This document shows positions 1 through 11,790 of a stretch of 64,000 nucleotides of DNA, piece after piece. The stretch is from Octopus vulgaris (taxonomy: Eukaryota). The notes beneath the pieces were generated by a model that did no database searches, was not told the DNA's origin, and saw nothing but the letters and a program-made list of their open reading frames with translations. A program made the translations under genes and the position numbers. The stretch lies in assembly GCA_951406725.2 (NCBI GenBank), contig OX597842.1, positions 16,616,001 through 16,680,000 on the forward strand, written 5' to 3'. The first letter of the stretch is position 1; every line of letters starts with the position of its first letter.

Positions 1-789
1 CTCGAGTAGGGGGCTGATGTCATCCAGAACATCGGGGAGCAAAGTTGGCATAAATGAAACAGGCTGTTCGTGATGGGATCAGAGTTTGTGGGGCCGGTAT
101 AATTCATAGCTTTTAGTGTGAAGCTGGTGTGAATAACAAGGAGCTGTTCATGATATGGCAAGTCAAGAGCTGATATAATTCAGAGTTTGCTGCACAATGT
201 TGGTGATGAAACACAAAGACCTGTTCCATGTTGAAAGAGAGATGTTGCTCTTCTGCCGTCTATCCACTGATTAAAACTTCCGCTTCACTTCATGGGCAGA
301 GAGCTGCCTTTGGTATTCATACGCACCCAGCCCTGATTGGCTGGAGAATGCCAGAGCACAACTGTGCTATGCCAGGACAAGTAAAATAGTTTTATGACTT
401 GCTACAGATTAAAGGAACTTGTTATACAGAACAGGAATTACATTGACTTTTATAATATTTTATAATATTTTCTATGTACTGAAATTAATTGTAAAATGTC
501 TCTGTTTTATTGACAGGAATGTATAGGAGATGACTTTTGATTCTAATTAAAATCGGATTACAAAGGAGTTTGCAACAGCCACAGATATTAACAAAGACTG
601 CAGTTTGATGGAAATGTAGCAGAGAAAATATTGTGAATAAAATATATAAATATTTGAAAATAAAAACATATTGTGATAGAGAATGAAAATTCGATAAACA
701 TTTGTGTGAGAATATGGTTGAATAAAAACCACAGTGGATTGATTGACGTCGAAAAATTTGGAAAAATATAACACTGTGGTATTTATAAA

Positions 790-1941
790 ATGTCATTCTC
801 TCAAAAAGTTGACCTTAATATTAAGAAACCTATTTGCAGAAAGGATAGGCCATATCACTGTGATATCTGTGGTAAATCATTCACTCAAAACAGATGCTTG
901 ACCATTCACAAACGCATTCATACAGGAGAGAATCTGTATCACTGTGATATTTGTGGTAAATCGGTCACTTCAAGTGGCGGCTTAAATAAACACATACGAA
1001 GTCACACTGGTGAAAAGCCATACAGCTGTGGTCTCTGTGGTAAATCATTATCTACAAGCAGCAGCTTAAGTGCCCATGTACGTCTTCATACAGGAGAGAA
1101 GCCACACGGCTGTGATATCTGCGGTAAATCATTCTCTAACAAATATCATTTGGCTATACATAAACGAATTCACACAGGAGATAAACCTTATCACTGTGAT
1201 ATCTGCGGTAAATCATTCTCTCAGGAATGTCATTTGACTATACATAAACGAATTCACACAGGAGATAAACCTTATCACTGTGATATCTGCGGTAAATCAT
1301 TCTCTCAGAAATGTTATTTGACTATACATAAACGAATTCACACGGGAGATAAACCTTATCACTGTGATATCTGCGGTAAATCATTCTCTCAGGAAGGTAC
1401 TTTGACTAAACATAAACGAATTCACACGGGAGATAAACCTTATCACTGTGATATCTGTGGTAAATCATTCTCTCAGGAATGTACTTTGACTATACATAAA
1501 CGTATTCACACAGGAGATAAACCTTATCACTGTGATATCTGTGGTAAATCGTTTTCTGTAAATCACCATTTAATCAAACACAAACAAACCCACACAGGAG
1601 AGAAGCCTTATTGTTGTGACATCTGTGGTAAATCATTCTCTGAGAAAAGTCATTTGATTGATCACAGACACATTCATACAGGAGAGAAGCCTTATCACTG
1701 TGATATCTGTGGTAAATCATTCTCTCAGAAATGTTATTTGACTATACATAAACGAATTCACACGGGAGATAAACCTTATCACTGTGATATCTGCGGTAAA
1801 TCATTTTCTCATCAATGTTCTTTGACTATACATAAACGTATTCACACAGGAGATAAACCTTATCACTGTGATGTCTGCAGTAAATCATTTGTTCTGAAAA
1901 GACAGTGGACTACACATGTGTGTAGTCACACTGAAGAATAA
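790..1941 (+). CDS. Tandem C2H2 zinc-finger protein, 13 fingers (ZNF copy 1)
   Basis: 383-aa ORF made of 13 C-X2-C-X12-H-X3-H motifs with TG[E/D]KPY linkers after a ~21-aa leader; no KRAB/SCAN/BTB domain visible; candidate acceptor ttttattgacAG at 515-516. Confidence 0.93.
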   Translation: MSFSQKVDLNIKKPICRKDRPYHCDICGKSFTQNRCLTIHKRIHTGENLYHCDICGKSVTSSGGLNKHIRSHTGEKPYSCGLCGKSLSTSSSLSAHVRLHTGEKPHGCDICGKSFSNKYHLAIHKRIHTGDKPYHCDICGKSFSQECHLTIHKRIHTGDKPYHCDICGKSFSQKCYLTIHKRIHTGDKPYHCDICGKSFSQEGTLTKHKRIHTGDKPYHCDICGKSFSQECTLTIHKRIHTGDKPYHCDICGKSFSVNHHLIKHKQTHTGEKPYCCDICGKSFSEKSHLIDHRHIHTGEKPYHCDICGKSFSQKCYLTIHKRIHTGDKPYHCDICGKSFSHQCSLTIHKRIHTGDKPYHCDVCSKSFVLKRQWTTHVCSHTEE

Positions 1942-1988
1942 CTGTGCCAACATCACAAGTCTTTTTGTAAAAACAATATTTTATATAT

Positions 1989-2744
1989 TGTTGTATTTAG
2001 GAATGGTCATTTTACCAGTTTAGCCAATAAAAACACACGCACTATATATTTGGTGTTAACCCTTTTGATACCAACCCGGCTCTCTAGTATAAATGTCTTG
2101 TATTCATTAGTTTTGAATTAAAATCTTCCACCAAACCTTAGTCACAATTTATGTTCCTAACACTAGCTTAATGATAACCAAGTTATTTTATTAAATTCTT
2201 TGTTATATTTAACCCTTTTGATACAAACCTGGCTGAAACCACCTCTGGCTCTTTAATACAAATGTCTTGTTTTCATAAGTTTTGAATTAAAATCTTCCAC
2301 CAAACTTTAGTCACAATTTATGTTCCTAACACTTGCTGAATGATAGCTATGTTATTTTACTAAATTCTTTGTTATATTTAAAATCAATTGAAAGAAACAC
2401 AGAGCATCTCAACAGGAATATGGTAACAAAAGGGTTAATTTGCTTCAGCGTTATTTATTTTTTACATTAATCTTAATCTTATTTCGGCCAGAGTTCTTTC
2501 GTCACACTCCTGTGACCGCATCAATGGTCCTTTGCTTTCTTCTTTCTTATTTGAAAATACTAAATAGCTGACAGTTAGTAAGGAGAGACACACAAATAAG
2601 AAAGAAGAAAGCAAAGGACCACTGATGAGGTCACAGGAGTGTGAAGAAAGAACTCTGGCCGAAATAAGATTAAGATTAATGTAAAAATTACTGCGTGTGT
2701 TTTTATTGGCTAAACTGGCAAGATGACCATTCTGAAATACAACA
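1989..2744. mobile_element. MITE-like foldback element with ~52-bp terminal inverted repeats and an internal ~95-bp-arm hairpin
   Basis: TGTTGTATTTAGGAATGGTCAT...CACACGCA (1989-2041) pairs with TGCGTGTG...ATGACCATTCTGAAATACAACA (2692-2744); inner inverted repeat ~2458-2688. Full copy at ~13841-14425; partial copies after ZNF3 and ZNF4. Confidence 0.75.
2060..2434 (+). mobile_element. piggyBac-like non-autonomous element nested in the MITE
   Basis: TTAA|CCCTTTTGATACC...GGTAACAAAAGGG|TTAA with TTAA duplication; two internal units. Relatives at ~13910-14115, 24317-24539, 24626-25015 and 52992-53427. Confidence 0.8.
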
Positions 2745-3278
2745 TCTGTTTCAACACATGATTTCACATCAAAAATCTTGCAAAACAAATAAATATTTTA
2801 TATAAAAATAAATGTATTTACACATGAAAAAGATCTGACAGAGTGTGAGAGCAATCTTCTAACCACAACTATATCTACATTGGTGACATCACTTACTGAT
2901 AGTTTTAATAAAAATTATTGAAATACAGTTACACCTTACTTTCCAAGGACCCATGTTATGAAACCCCAGGTTTATGAGTTTTATTTTGCCAGCACAAGAT
3001 CCAAATTTTGAACAAAATACAAAAGTTTCTACTACCATGACAAATGCTTTTGCATGTTACCAAGAAATTTATAGAGAGTGAAATAAAGTTTCTTCTAAAC
3101 AAACAATTCTACCCTTGTTTTTTAAAAAAGAAATCTACAGGTCTGTCTACGAGAGTTTGTGAATCAGCAATCGCATTCACAAGTGATGGTGTGAGTGATT
3201 CAGAAAACGATTATAATAATAATATTTTTTATTCTAAATGATCTCGGCATTCCTTTTACTTTACATAAAATATTCTTT

Positions 3279-3530
3279 ACCTGTGCTGGTGGCACGTAAA
3301 AAGCACCAACCGATTGTGGCCGTTGCCAGCCTCCCCTGGCACCTGTGCTAGTGGCATGTAAAAAGCACCCACTACACTCACGGAGTGGTTGGCGTTAGGA
3401 AGGGCATCCAGCCGTAGAAACATTGCCAGATCAGACTGGGCCTGGTGCAGCCTTCTGGCTTCCCAGACCCCGGTCGAACCGTCCAACCCATGCTAGCATG
3501 GAAAGCAGACGCTAAACGAAGATGATGATG
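3279..3530 (+). mobile_element. RTE-clade LINE 3' UTR fragment with (GAT)n tail
   Basis: Matches the 3' UTR that follows the RTE ORF2 fragment at 44638-45021. Other copies at ~6247-6420, 14959-15645, 25665-26108(-), 27578-27800(-), 47505-47720 and 50605-50823. Confidence 0.75.
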
Positions 3531-3641
3531 ATATAGATATATATATATAATTGTTACTTGAAAGAATAAAATCGAAAACTTACAGGAAAAAAATTTCAAT
3601 TTAGAAATACTAAATCAAATTTCACACAAAATAATATATAC

Positions 3642-4047
3642 TCTTTTACTTGTTTTCAGTCATTTGACTGCGGCCATGCTGGAGCACCGCCTTTAGTCGA
3701 TCAAATCAACCCCAGGACTTATTCTTTGTAGGCCCAGTACTTATTGTATCGGTCTCTTTTGCTGAACCGCTAAGTGACGGGGACGTAAACACACCAGCAT
3801 CGGTTGTCAAGCAATGCTAGGGGGACAAACACAGACACACAAACACACACGTACACATATATATATATATATATACACATATATACGACAGGCTTCTTTC
3901 AGTTTCCGTCTACCAAACCCACTCACAAGGCATTGGTCGGCCGGGGCTATAGCAGAAGACACTTGCCCAAGATGCCACGCAGTGGGACTGAACCCGGAAC
4001 CATGTGGTTGGTTAGCAAGCTACTTACCACACAGCCACTCCTGCGCC
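3642..4047 (-). mobile_element. tRNA-derived SINE family A
   Basis: Head GGCGCAGGAGTGGCTGTGTGGTAAG (A-box-like), GGTTCAGTCCC (B-box-like), CCTTGGGCAAG core, internal TA/TG microsatellite, GAGTAAAA tail. Many copies, e.g. 8815-9208, 15757-16180, 20642-21046, 26270-26640, 46860-47236, 47845-48220, 58547-58908, 63721-64000. Confidence 0.85.
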
Positions 4048-4272
4048 TGTGTGGTACATAGACAAAGTATACCTTATGGGAATCAGGGTGCTCCTGGGAT
4101 TGAAAATCTGCCATTCATTTAGTTTTGAACATCCAGCTTTGAGCTCAGGTCTGGATGAGGATTTCTTGTATGCTAACAGTCGAACATTCCAATTATATAT
4201 ATAAAAAATTAGAAATTTGAATTGATAAAAGGTGTTCTTTTTTCTAATTTTATATATATATTATTTAGTAAG

Positions 4273-4775
4273 CCTCTTCTCCTTATCTCCTCAAAGACAT
4301 ACAGCATCTCGAAAGAGTCCAGAAGCTGGCTACCCGCATGGCTCATGGTCTCAAAAATTTGTCCTACGAAGAAAGGCTGAGGACGCTCGACCTTTATTCT
4401 CTTGAAAAACGCCGCCGCCGTGGTGATCTCATTCTCGCCCACAACATCATAAGCGGAAAGTGTAACCTCTCTAAAGAGCTGTTCTTCACTCCTGCTCCAG
4501 AGCGTCGGCTGCGGGGTCATTCCAAAAGCTCTACCTGCGACGATTTCATCTCAATCGAAGGAGAGGAGCTTTCTCCGTCCGGGTTGCGGATCCGTGGAAC
4601 AAGCTGCCAGACGAGATGGTGAAGATGCCGACGACCGCTTTGTTCAAAGCCTCCCTTGACCTCAAGTGGCCTGAACTCTTTACATGAACACCACCCTGTA
4701 CTTAACTCCATGTCCCCCTACATGGCCTTGCTATTTGCTTTTGAGCCAAATTAACTAACTAACTAACTAACTAAC
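4273..4775 (+). mobile_element. 5'-truncated CR1/L2-type LINE with a frameshifted ORF2 C-terminus
   Basis: LSYEERLRTLDLYSLEKRRRRGDLI...WNKL motif; (ACTA)n tail; TAGTAAG target-site duplication; empty paralogous site at ~48274 and ~51373. Confidence 0.9.
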
Positions 4776-4904
4776 TAGTAAGAAAATGGAAAGATTTAAT
4801 GGATATAAATAAATTTAGGTTCTTATAAAATCTACATTTGGAATGAGCCATTTTAAATTCTGTTGGATTTTACTCATAAGGTCTTGGAATCTTACATAAC
4901 ATAC

Positions 4905-5265
4905 CTATTTCTTTACTACCCACAAGGGGCCAAACAAGGACAGACAAACGGATTAAGTCAATTATATCGACCCCGAAAGGATGAAAGGCAAAGTCAACCT
5001 CAGCGGAATTTGAACTCAGAACATAACGGCAGACGAAATACCTATTTCTTTATTACCCACAAGTGGCTAAACACAGAGGAGACAAAGAAGGACAGACATA
5101 GGTATTAAGTCGATTACATCGACTCCAGTGCCTAACTGGTACTTTATTTATCGACCCCGAAAGGATAAAAGGCAAAGTCGACCTCGGCGGAATTTGAACT
5201 CAGAACGTAACAGCAGGCGAAATACGGCTACGCATTTCGCCCGGCGTGCTAACGTTTCTGCCAGC
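4905..5265 (-). mobile_element. SINE family C (Meta-domain-like core) with internal duplication
   Basis: Core GTCGACTTTGCCTTTCATCCTTTCGGGGTCGAT..AAGTACCAG resembles the MetaSINE/Sauria conserved domain (from memory, unverified); B-box-like GAGTTCAAATTCC. Confidence 0.65.
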
Positions 5266-5502
5266 TGTGTGTGTGTGTCTGTGTGTATGTTTGTGTGTCT
5301 GTGTTTGCCCCCCTTCCCTCCAACATCACTTGACAACCGATGCTAGTGTGTTTACGTCAGCGGTTCAGCAAAAGCGATCGATAGAATAAGTACTAGGCTT
5401 ACAAAGAATAAGTCCTGGTGGTCGATTTGCTCGACTAAAGGCGGTGCTCCAGCATGGCCACAGTCAAATGTCTGAAACAAGTAAGATAGTAAATAGTAGT
5501 CT

Positions 5503-5883
5503 GAAGTACTCCGTCGGTTACGACGATGAGGGTTCCATCTGATCCGAATCAATGGAACAGCCTGCTCATGAAATTAACGTGTAAGTGGCTGAGCACTCCA
5601 CAGACACGTGTACCCTTAACGTAGTTCTCAAGGATATTCAGTGTGACACAGAGAGTGACAAGGCCGGCCCCTTGAAATACAGGTACAACAGAAACAGGAA
5701 GTAAGAGTGAGAGAAAGTTGTGGTGAAAGAGTACAGCAGGGATCACCACCATCTCCTGCCGGAGCTTCGTGGAGCTTTAGGTGTTTTCGCTCAATAAACA
5801 CTCACAACGCCCGGTCTGGGAATCGAAACCGCGATCCTATGACTGCGAGTCTGCTGCACTAACCACTGGGCCATTGCGCCTCC
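5503..5883 (-). mobile_element. tRNA-derived SINE family B
   Basis: Head GGAGGCGCAATGGCCCAGTGGTTAG...GGTTTCGATTCC; copies at 17613-17992(-), 27188-27576(+) and a split related copy at 27919-27937 plus 43577-43840(-). Confidence 0.8.
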
Positions 5884-6420
5884 TAAATAGTAGTAATAGT
5901 ATTGCCTACAATTGTTTCAATTTACACTCCGTACAAATTACAAACGTAAAGAATAAAATATGTTTGCATTTTGAAGATTTTGAGCAAAATATCATCAGGG
6001 GGAAAGGACTTTTAGGAAGCTCCGTGTAGTTCGGTTGAGATATTCCAGCAGACTAAGTAGATAAAAGTGTGTTTAGTTATTTGTGTGTGTTAATGTAATT
6101 TAGATATAATAATTATAAAATAAAGTATATAAAAAATCTTAAAATATGAAAATAGAAATAATAAAAATATTCAAAGATAAGGTGTGCAGACAAAATAAAA
6201 TACTAAAAAATAGATAGATAGAGAGAGAGATAGGTATGTGGTTATAAGCACCCACTACACTCACGGAGTGGTTGGCGTTAGGAAGGGCATCCAGCTGTAG
6301 AAACATTGCCAGATTAGACTGGAGCCTGGTGCAGCCTTCTGGCTTCCCAGAACCCCGGTCGAACCGTCCAACCCATGCTAGCATGGAGAACGGACGTTAA
6401 ACGACGATGATGATGATGAT

Positions 6421-6452
6421 ATGGATAGATCGATAGATAGGTAGGTGATTAT

Positions 6453-6485
<33 letters not shown>

Positions 6486-6504
6486 GATAGATAGATAGGT
6501 AGAG

Positions 6505-6595
<91 letters not shown>

Positions 6596-6604
6596 TAGAC
6601 AGAC

Positions 6605-6642
<38 letters not shown>

Positions 6643-6777
6643 CCACATAGATAGATAGACAGATAGATAGGATAGATAGATAGATAGATAGATAGATAGA
6701 CAGATAGATAGATAGCCACATAGATAGATAGACAGATAGATAGGTAGATAGATAGATAGAGAGATAGATAGATAGAC

Positions 6778-6812
<35 letters not shown>

Positions 6813-7112
6813 AAGAGATAGATAGATAGATAGATAGAGATAGATAGATAGATAGATAGATAGAGATAGAGATAGATAGACAGATAGATAGATAGATAGA
6901 TGAAGAGAGAGAGAGAGAGAGAGATAGATAGATGGAGAGAGAGAGAGATAGATAGATAGAGAGAGAGATAGATAGACAGATTAGATAGATAGATAGATAG
7001 ATAGATATAGAGAGAGAGATAGAGAGAGAGAGAGATATGGATAGATCGATATAGAGATAGATAGATAGATAGATAGATATAGAGAGAGAGATATATGGAT
7101 AGATCGATATAG

Positions 7113-7144
<32 letters not shown>

Positions 7145-7145
7145 A
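6421..7145. repeat. (GATA)n/(GACA)n/(GA)n compound microsatellite
   Basis: Directly visible; shorter paralogous tract at ~18320-18637. Confidence 0.97.
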
Positions 7146-7638
7146 AAGTAAAACGAAACGTAGTAAAAACAATTCTCTACTAAACTAGGTTTTATATTTC
7201 TTTCGTTTTTATACCCGCAATTACTCCAAAGTATATTTAGAAACAGACAGACTGTTTATCATCGAACTAAATGAAATGTGTAGATATGATTATCTCTTGT
7301 TAATGTGATATATAATTTTTTTTTTTAAGGTGTGGGGGAAGAATAAAAATACGAAACTAGAACAAGGAATTAGTCAACTGGAAATACAATTTGATGACAG
7401 AAAGTTGAGAAAAAGAGAATCGGAACAGGGTGGAACGAAACATACAGCCGTTTCCGTATACACACAGCTAGAAGCTAACATTTATATGTGTAATATCATT
7501 TCTGAAATTTTCACTTAAAATATATAACAAACATATTATTCCCAATGTATTGCAAGGCTAAAAAGTTTACATAAAATATAAAAACATTGAAATTCTTTAT
7601 ATCTGTGACAGATTCTATCTTTTGGGGGTTTTTTTGTC

Positions 7639-7764
7639 TACGTTTCGTTTTATTTTCTGTGTCGGATTTATAATATTCCTGATGTCAAACTGCCTGTCGA
7701 GTCGCACCTTGCTTGTAATTAAAGATCTTTCACATTTAGCATTGATTTATCAGAACAGGTAAGA
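7639..7764 (+). promoter_or_regulatory. Putative non-coding first exon and splice donor of ZNF copy 2
   Basis: Conserved block TACGTTTCGTTTT...GTCGCAC...GAACAG|GTAAGA (GT at 7759), also present upstream of copies 3 and 4; would splice to the acceptor AG at 12461-12462. Exon status is inferred. Confidence 0.5.
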
Positions 7765-7950
7765 CATAATTACATATTACCTTAGTAAAAAGCAGTGAAT
7801 ACGGATAATTAAAAGCTCCAGGCAGAAGTGCAAATTGTTAATGTTGATAAGTCCGAGATCGCTATTAAACCTTTATTGTCCGTCACTAATTGTCTGATAC
7901 CAGTAATTAAACTGTAACCTAATTAAATAAGTTTATTCTAGACCCTTCTG

Positions 7951-8366
7951 GGATCTTTTCGGTTTGAACGGCAGTTTTTTTAAATAATTTCCACGTAACT
8001 AAACACTTTTAAACTTCGTATACTGGTAGAATGTGTTTATAAAACATCTTTTTCTCTTGGCTTTATTGAGAAAATTCTATAGTTTGTAAGATATTTGTTG
8101 TTGTTTTTCTCTTCAATTTCTGCAATTTCAACCAATCAATGACGTCTATTGAGGTAAAAAAAAAAATCTGTGCCGTATGAATATGTCCCTCGTTTAAGAA
8201 ACAGATTGGGTTTATTTACATTTCTGAAGAAAAAAAGATACACTTCCCTTCACCCCTAACCCTAAAACAGATTGAAATGCAATAGATCGATACTAGGGTC
8301 ATAATTATGGGTGACAATTTTATATGACACCGCTAGAAAAAACTGCCGTTCAAACTGAAAAGATCC
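7951..8366 (+). mobile_element. Non-autonomous DNA transposon with GGATCTTTTCGGTTTGAACGGCAG TIRs and 8-bp TSD (Merlin- or hAT-like)
   Basis: TIRs at both ends; flanks CCCTTCTG / CCATTCTG; internal CCCTAACCCTAA. Paralogous copies at 19439-19647 (truncated) and 59395-60541. Confidence 0.82.
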
Positions 8367-8983
8367 CCATTCTGTAAATTACCATTTATGGTTGTCAAGA
8401 AATTTTATGTAAAGCCTCACTTTCCTCTAATGTACCTATAATAAAGGTTTCAAATTTTGGCACAATTTTGGGGGAAGTGGATTAGTTAATTACATCGACT
8501 ACAATTCTCAGCATTCAAATCAAAAAAAAAAAAACTTCAAAAATTCCTGAATTTACAAGTTTTTTTTTATTTAAACTGAATTTAAAGTAATACTAAATTG
8601 GTAGGGTACCAATAAACGTTTTACTATTATTACTAATCATTGGTAGGGTACCAATAAACGTTTTATTATTATTACTAACCATGGGAAATAATTCAGACAC
8701 TATAAGAAAACAAGATGTCAGTGTTAACATATTCAACAGCCTGTCCCATCCAAGTGGTTTTGGGTTCAGTTCCACTGCATGAAACGTTGGTTATGTGTCT
8801 ACTGCTATATCTATAGGTACAGGGGTGGCTGTGTGGTAAGTAGCTTGCTTACCAACCACATGGTTCCGTGTTCAGTCCCACTGCATGGCATCATGGGCTA
8901 GTGTCTACTATAGCCTCGGGCCGACCAAAGCCTTGTGAATGGATTTGGTAGACGGAAACTGAAAAAGTCCATCGTATATATAT

Positions 8984-9034
<51 letters not shown>

Positions 9035-9319
9035 ATGTGTGTCTGTTTGTCCCCACAACATCGCTTGACAACTGATGCTGGTGTGTTTACGTCCCCATTA
9101 CTTAGTGGTTTGGCAAAGTAGACCGATAGAATAAGTCCTGGGGTCAATTTGCTCGACTAAAAGGCAGTGCTCCAGCATGGCCACAGTCAAATGACTGAAA
9201 CAAGTAAAGCAACAGAAATATGGTAACAAAAGGGTTAAAGGCAGTCAGTCAAATATGCCTTCAATTTGCACAAGATTTGGCTGCTATTTCTAACAAGTGA
9301 AACAAAATCAGAAAATTTA

Positions 9320-11065
9320 CCCTTTTGATACCAACCTGGCTGAAACTGCCTCTGGCTCTGAGTACAAATGTCTTGTTTTCAAAAGTTTTAGATTAAAATA
9401 TTCCCCTAAATCTTAGTCACAATTTATGTTCCTAACACTAGCTTAATGATAACTAAGTTATTTTACTAAATTCTTTGTTATATTTAACCCTTTTGATACC
9501 AACCTGGCTGAAACCACCTCTGGCTCTGTAATACAAATGTCTTGTTTTCATAAGTTCTGAATTAAAATCTTCCACCAAACCTTAGTCACAATTTATGTTC
9601 CTAACACTAGCTTAATGATAACTAAGTTATTTTACTAAAGTCTTTGTTATATTTAACCCTTTTGATACCTACCAGGCTGAAACCACCTCTGGCTCTGTAA
9701 TACAAATGTCTTGTTTTCATAAGTTTTAAATTAAAATCTTCCACCAAACCTTAGTCACAATTTATGTTCCTAACACTAGCTTAATGATAACCAAGTTATT
9801 TTACTAAATTCCTTTATTATATTTAACCCTTTTGATACCAACCTGGCTGAAACCACCTCTGGCTCTGTAATACAAATGTCTTGTTTCCATAAGTTTTGAA
9901 TTAAAATCTTCCACCAAACCTTAGTCACAATTTATGTTCCTAACACTAGCTGAATGATAACTAAGTTATTTTACTAAATTCTTTGTTATATTTAACCCTT
10001 TTGATACCAACCTGGCTGAAACCACCTCTGGCTCTGTAATACAAATGTCTTGTTTCCATAAGTTTTTGAATTAAAATCTTCCACCAAACCTTAGTCACAG
10101 TTTATGTTCCTAACACTAGCTGAATGATAACTAAGTTATTTTACTAAATCCTTTATTATATTTAACCCTTTTGATATCAATCTGGCTGAAACCACCTCTG
10201 GCTCTGTAATACAAATGTCTTGTTTTCCATAAGTTTTGAATTAAAATCTTCCACCAAACCTTAGTCACAATTTATGCTCCTAACACTAGTTGAATGGTAA
10301 CTAAGTTATTTTACTAAATCTTTTATTATATTTAACCCTTTTGATATCAATCTGGCTGAAACCACCTCTGGCTCTGTAATACAAATGTCTTGTTTCCATA
10401 AGTTTTGAATTAAAATCTTCCACCAAACCTTAGTCACAATTTATGTTCCTAACACTAGCTTAATGATAACTAAGTTATTTTACTAAATCCTTTGTTATAT
10501 TGAACCCTTTTGATACCAACCTAGATGAAACCACCTCTGGCTCTGTAATACAAATGTCTTGTTTTCATAAGTTTTGAATTAAAATCTTCCACCAAACCTT
10601 AGTCACAATTTATGTTCCTAACACTAGCTTAATGATAACTAAGTTATTTTACTAAATCCTTTATTATATTTAACCCTTTTGATACCAACCTAGGCTGAAA
10701 CCACCTCTGGCTCTGTAGTACAAATGTCTTGTTTCCATAAGTTTTGAATTAAAATCTTCCACCAAACCTTAGTCACAATTTATGTTCCTAACACTAGCTT
10801 AATGATAACTAAGTTATTTTACTAAATCCTTTATTATATTTAACCCTTTTGATACCAACCTGACTGAAACCGGCTCTGGCTCTGTAGTACAAATCTCTTG
10901 TTTTCATAAGGTTTGAATTAAAATCTTCCACCAAACCTTAGTCACAATTTATGTTCCTAACACTAGCTTAATGATAACTAAGTTATTTTACTAAATTCTT
11001 TGTTATATTTAAAATTAATTGAAAGAAACACAGAGCATCCCAAAATAAATACAGTAACGAAAGGG
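9320..11065 (+). repeat. ~169-bp tandem array (10 units) derived from the piggyBac-like MITE
   Basis: Units CCCTTTTGATACC...GTTATATTTAA head-to-tail, finishing with one 3' terminus AAAGGG|TTAA. Confidence 0.92.
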
Positions 11066-11400
11066 TTAAAGCAATCTAAAGAAATAAGCATTGCTTTTGA
11101 CAGAATAACCTGAATGCTAAAAGTTTAAACATCCTCTGTAGCTTAGACTGTTTCTCTATTATTTCAGAATATCAGATGACATTGTCACTAAACAATAATG
11201 TTTTACTTTAAATGTATCTATGATATTTATCAACTTTGAAAGATTTTTAGTGGAAGTCCATTTAGTATGTTACTGTTTTAGTAAGATTGGTCACTAATTT
11301 ATAGCATGGAAGTTTTTGTGGTAAATTCCTGTGATTGAGCTTTTGAGAAGCATGTGGAATGGAATATCAGAAGGCAGTTTTTATACAAAAATATTTTTTA

Positions 11401-11790
11401 CTAGCAATATCGCCCGGCGTTGCTCGGGTTTGTTTCGATCCTTTAGAATTGGAATTTTTGAAAAGTAAAAATTTTGCATTATGTAGCTTGTTATTCTCTT
11501 TAAGTGAACATTTTTGTGGTTGAAATACACCGAAAAATGACGACACAGCAGTAAAAAAATCGTAAAAAATAGGGGTTTTCATAGAAAAAATGCACCTTTT
11601 TGATGTAAATAATTTTTGGTGTTAACATGGTCCGATTTGAATTTTTTCTTCTACAGAATGAAGAGCAAGCCTTCTTCTATCATACTCTCAATTTTGGTCA
11701 ACTTGTGTCGCAGGGTCTCAGAGGAGATAGGGTTAGTTGAAGGCTGCCAACCCTGCCATACACAGACAACTTCAGCTTTATATATAGAGA
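11401..11790 (-). mobile_element. Non-autonomous Helitron-like element
   Basis: On -: A|TC start, 3' hairpin CCCGagcaacgcCGGG, then CTAG|T; no TSD. Paralog at 56654-57034(+). Confidence 0.78.

Larger units (their letters stand above)
1..8170 (+). repeat. Segmental duplication copy A (matches 11947-19645)
   Basis: Colinear high identity including the ZNF, 3' MITE, RTE fragment, SINEs, CR1 insertion, GATA tract and the next unit's first exon. Confidence 0.92.

Noticed and set aside
485-796. Antisense ORFs upstream of each ZNF (also 12431, 22403, 55699)
   Set aside because: F/I/Y-rich translations of AT-rich DNA; frames shift between paralogs; conservation reflects recent duplication only.
6378-7172. 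YLSI-repeat ORFs
   Set aside because: Translations of the (GATA)n microsatellite.
8253-8265. Interstitial telomere
   Set aside because: Only two CCCTAA units and they are part of the MITE sequence.
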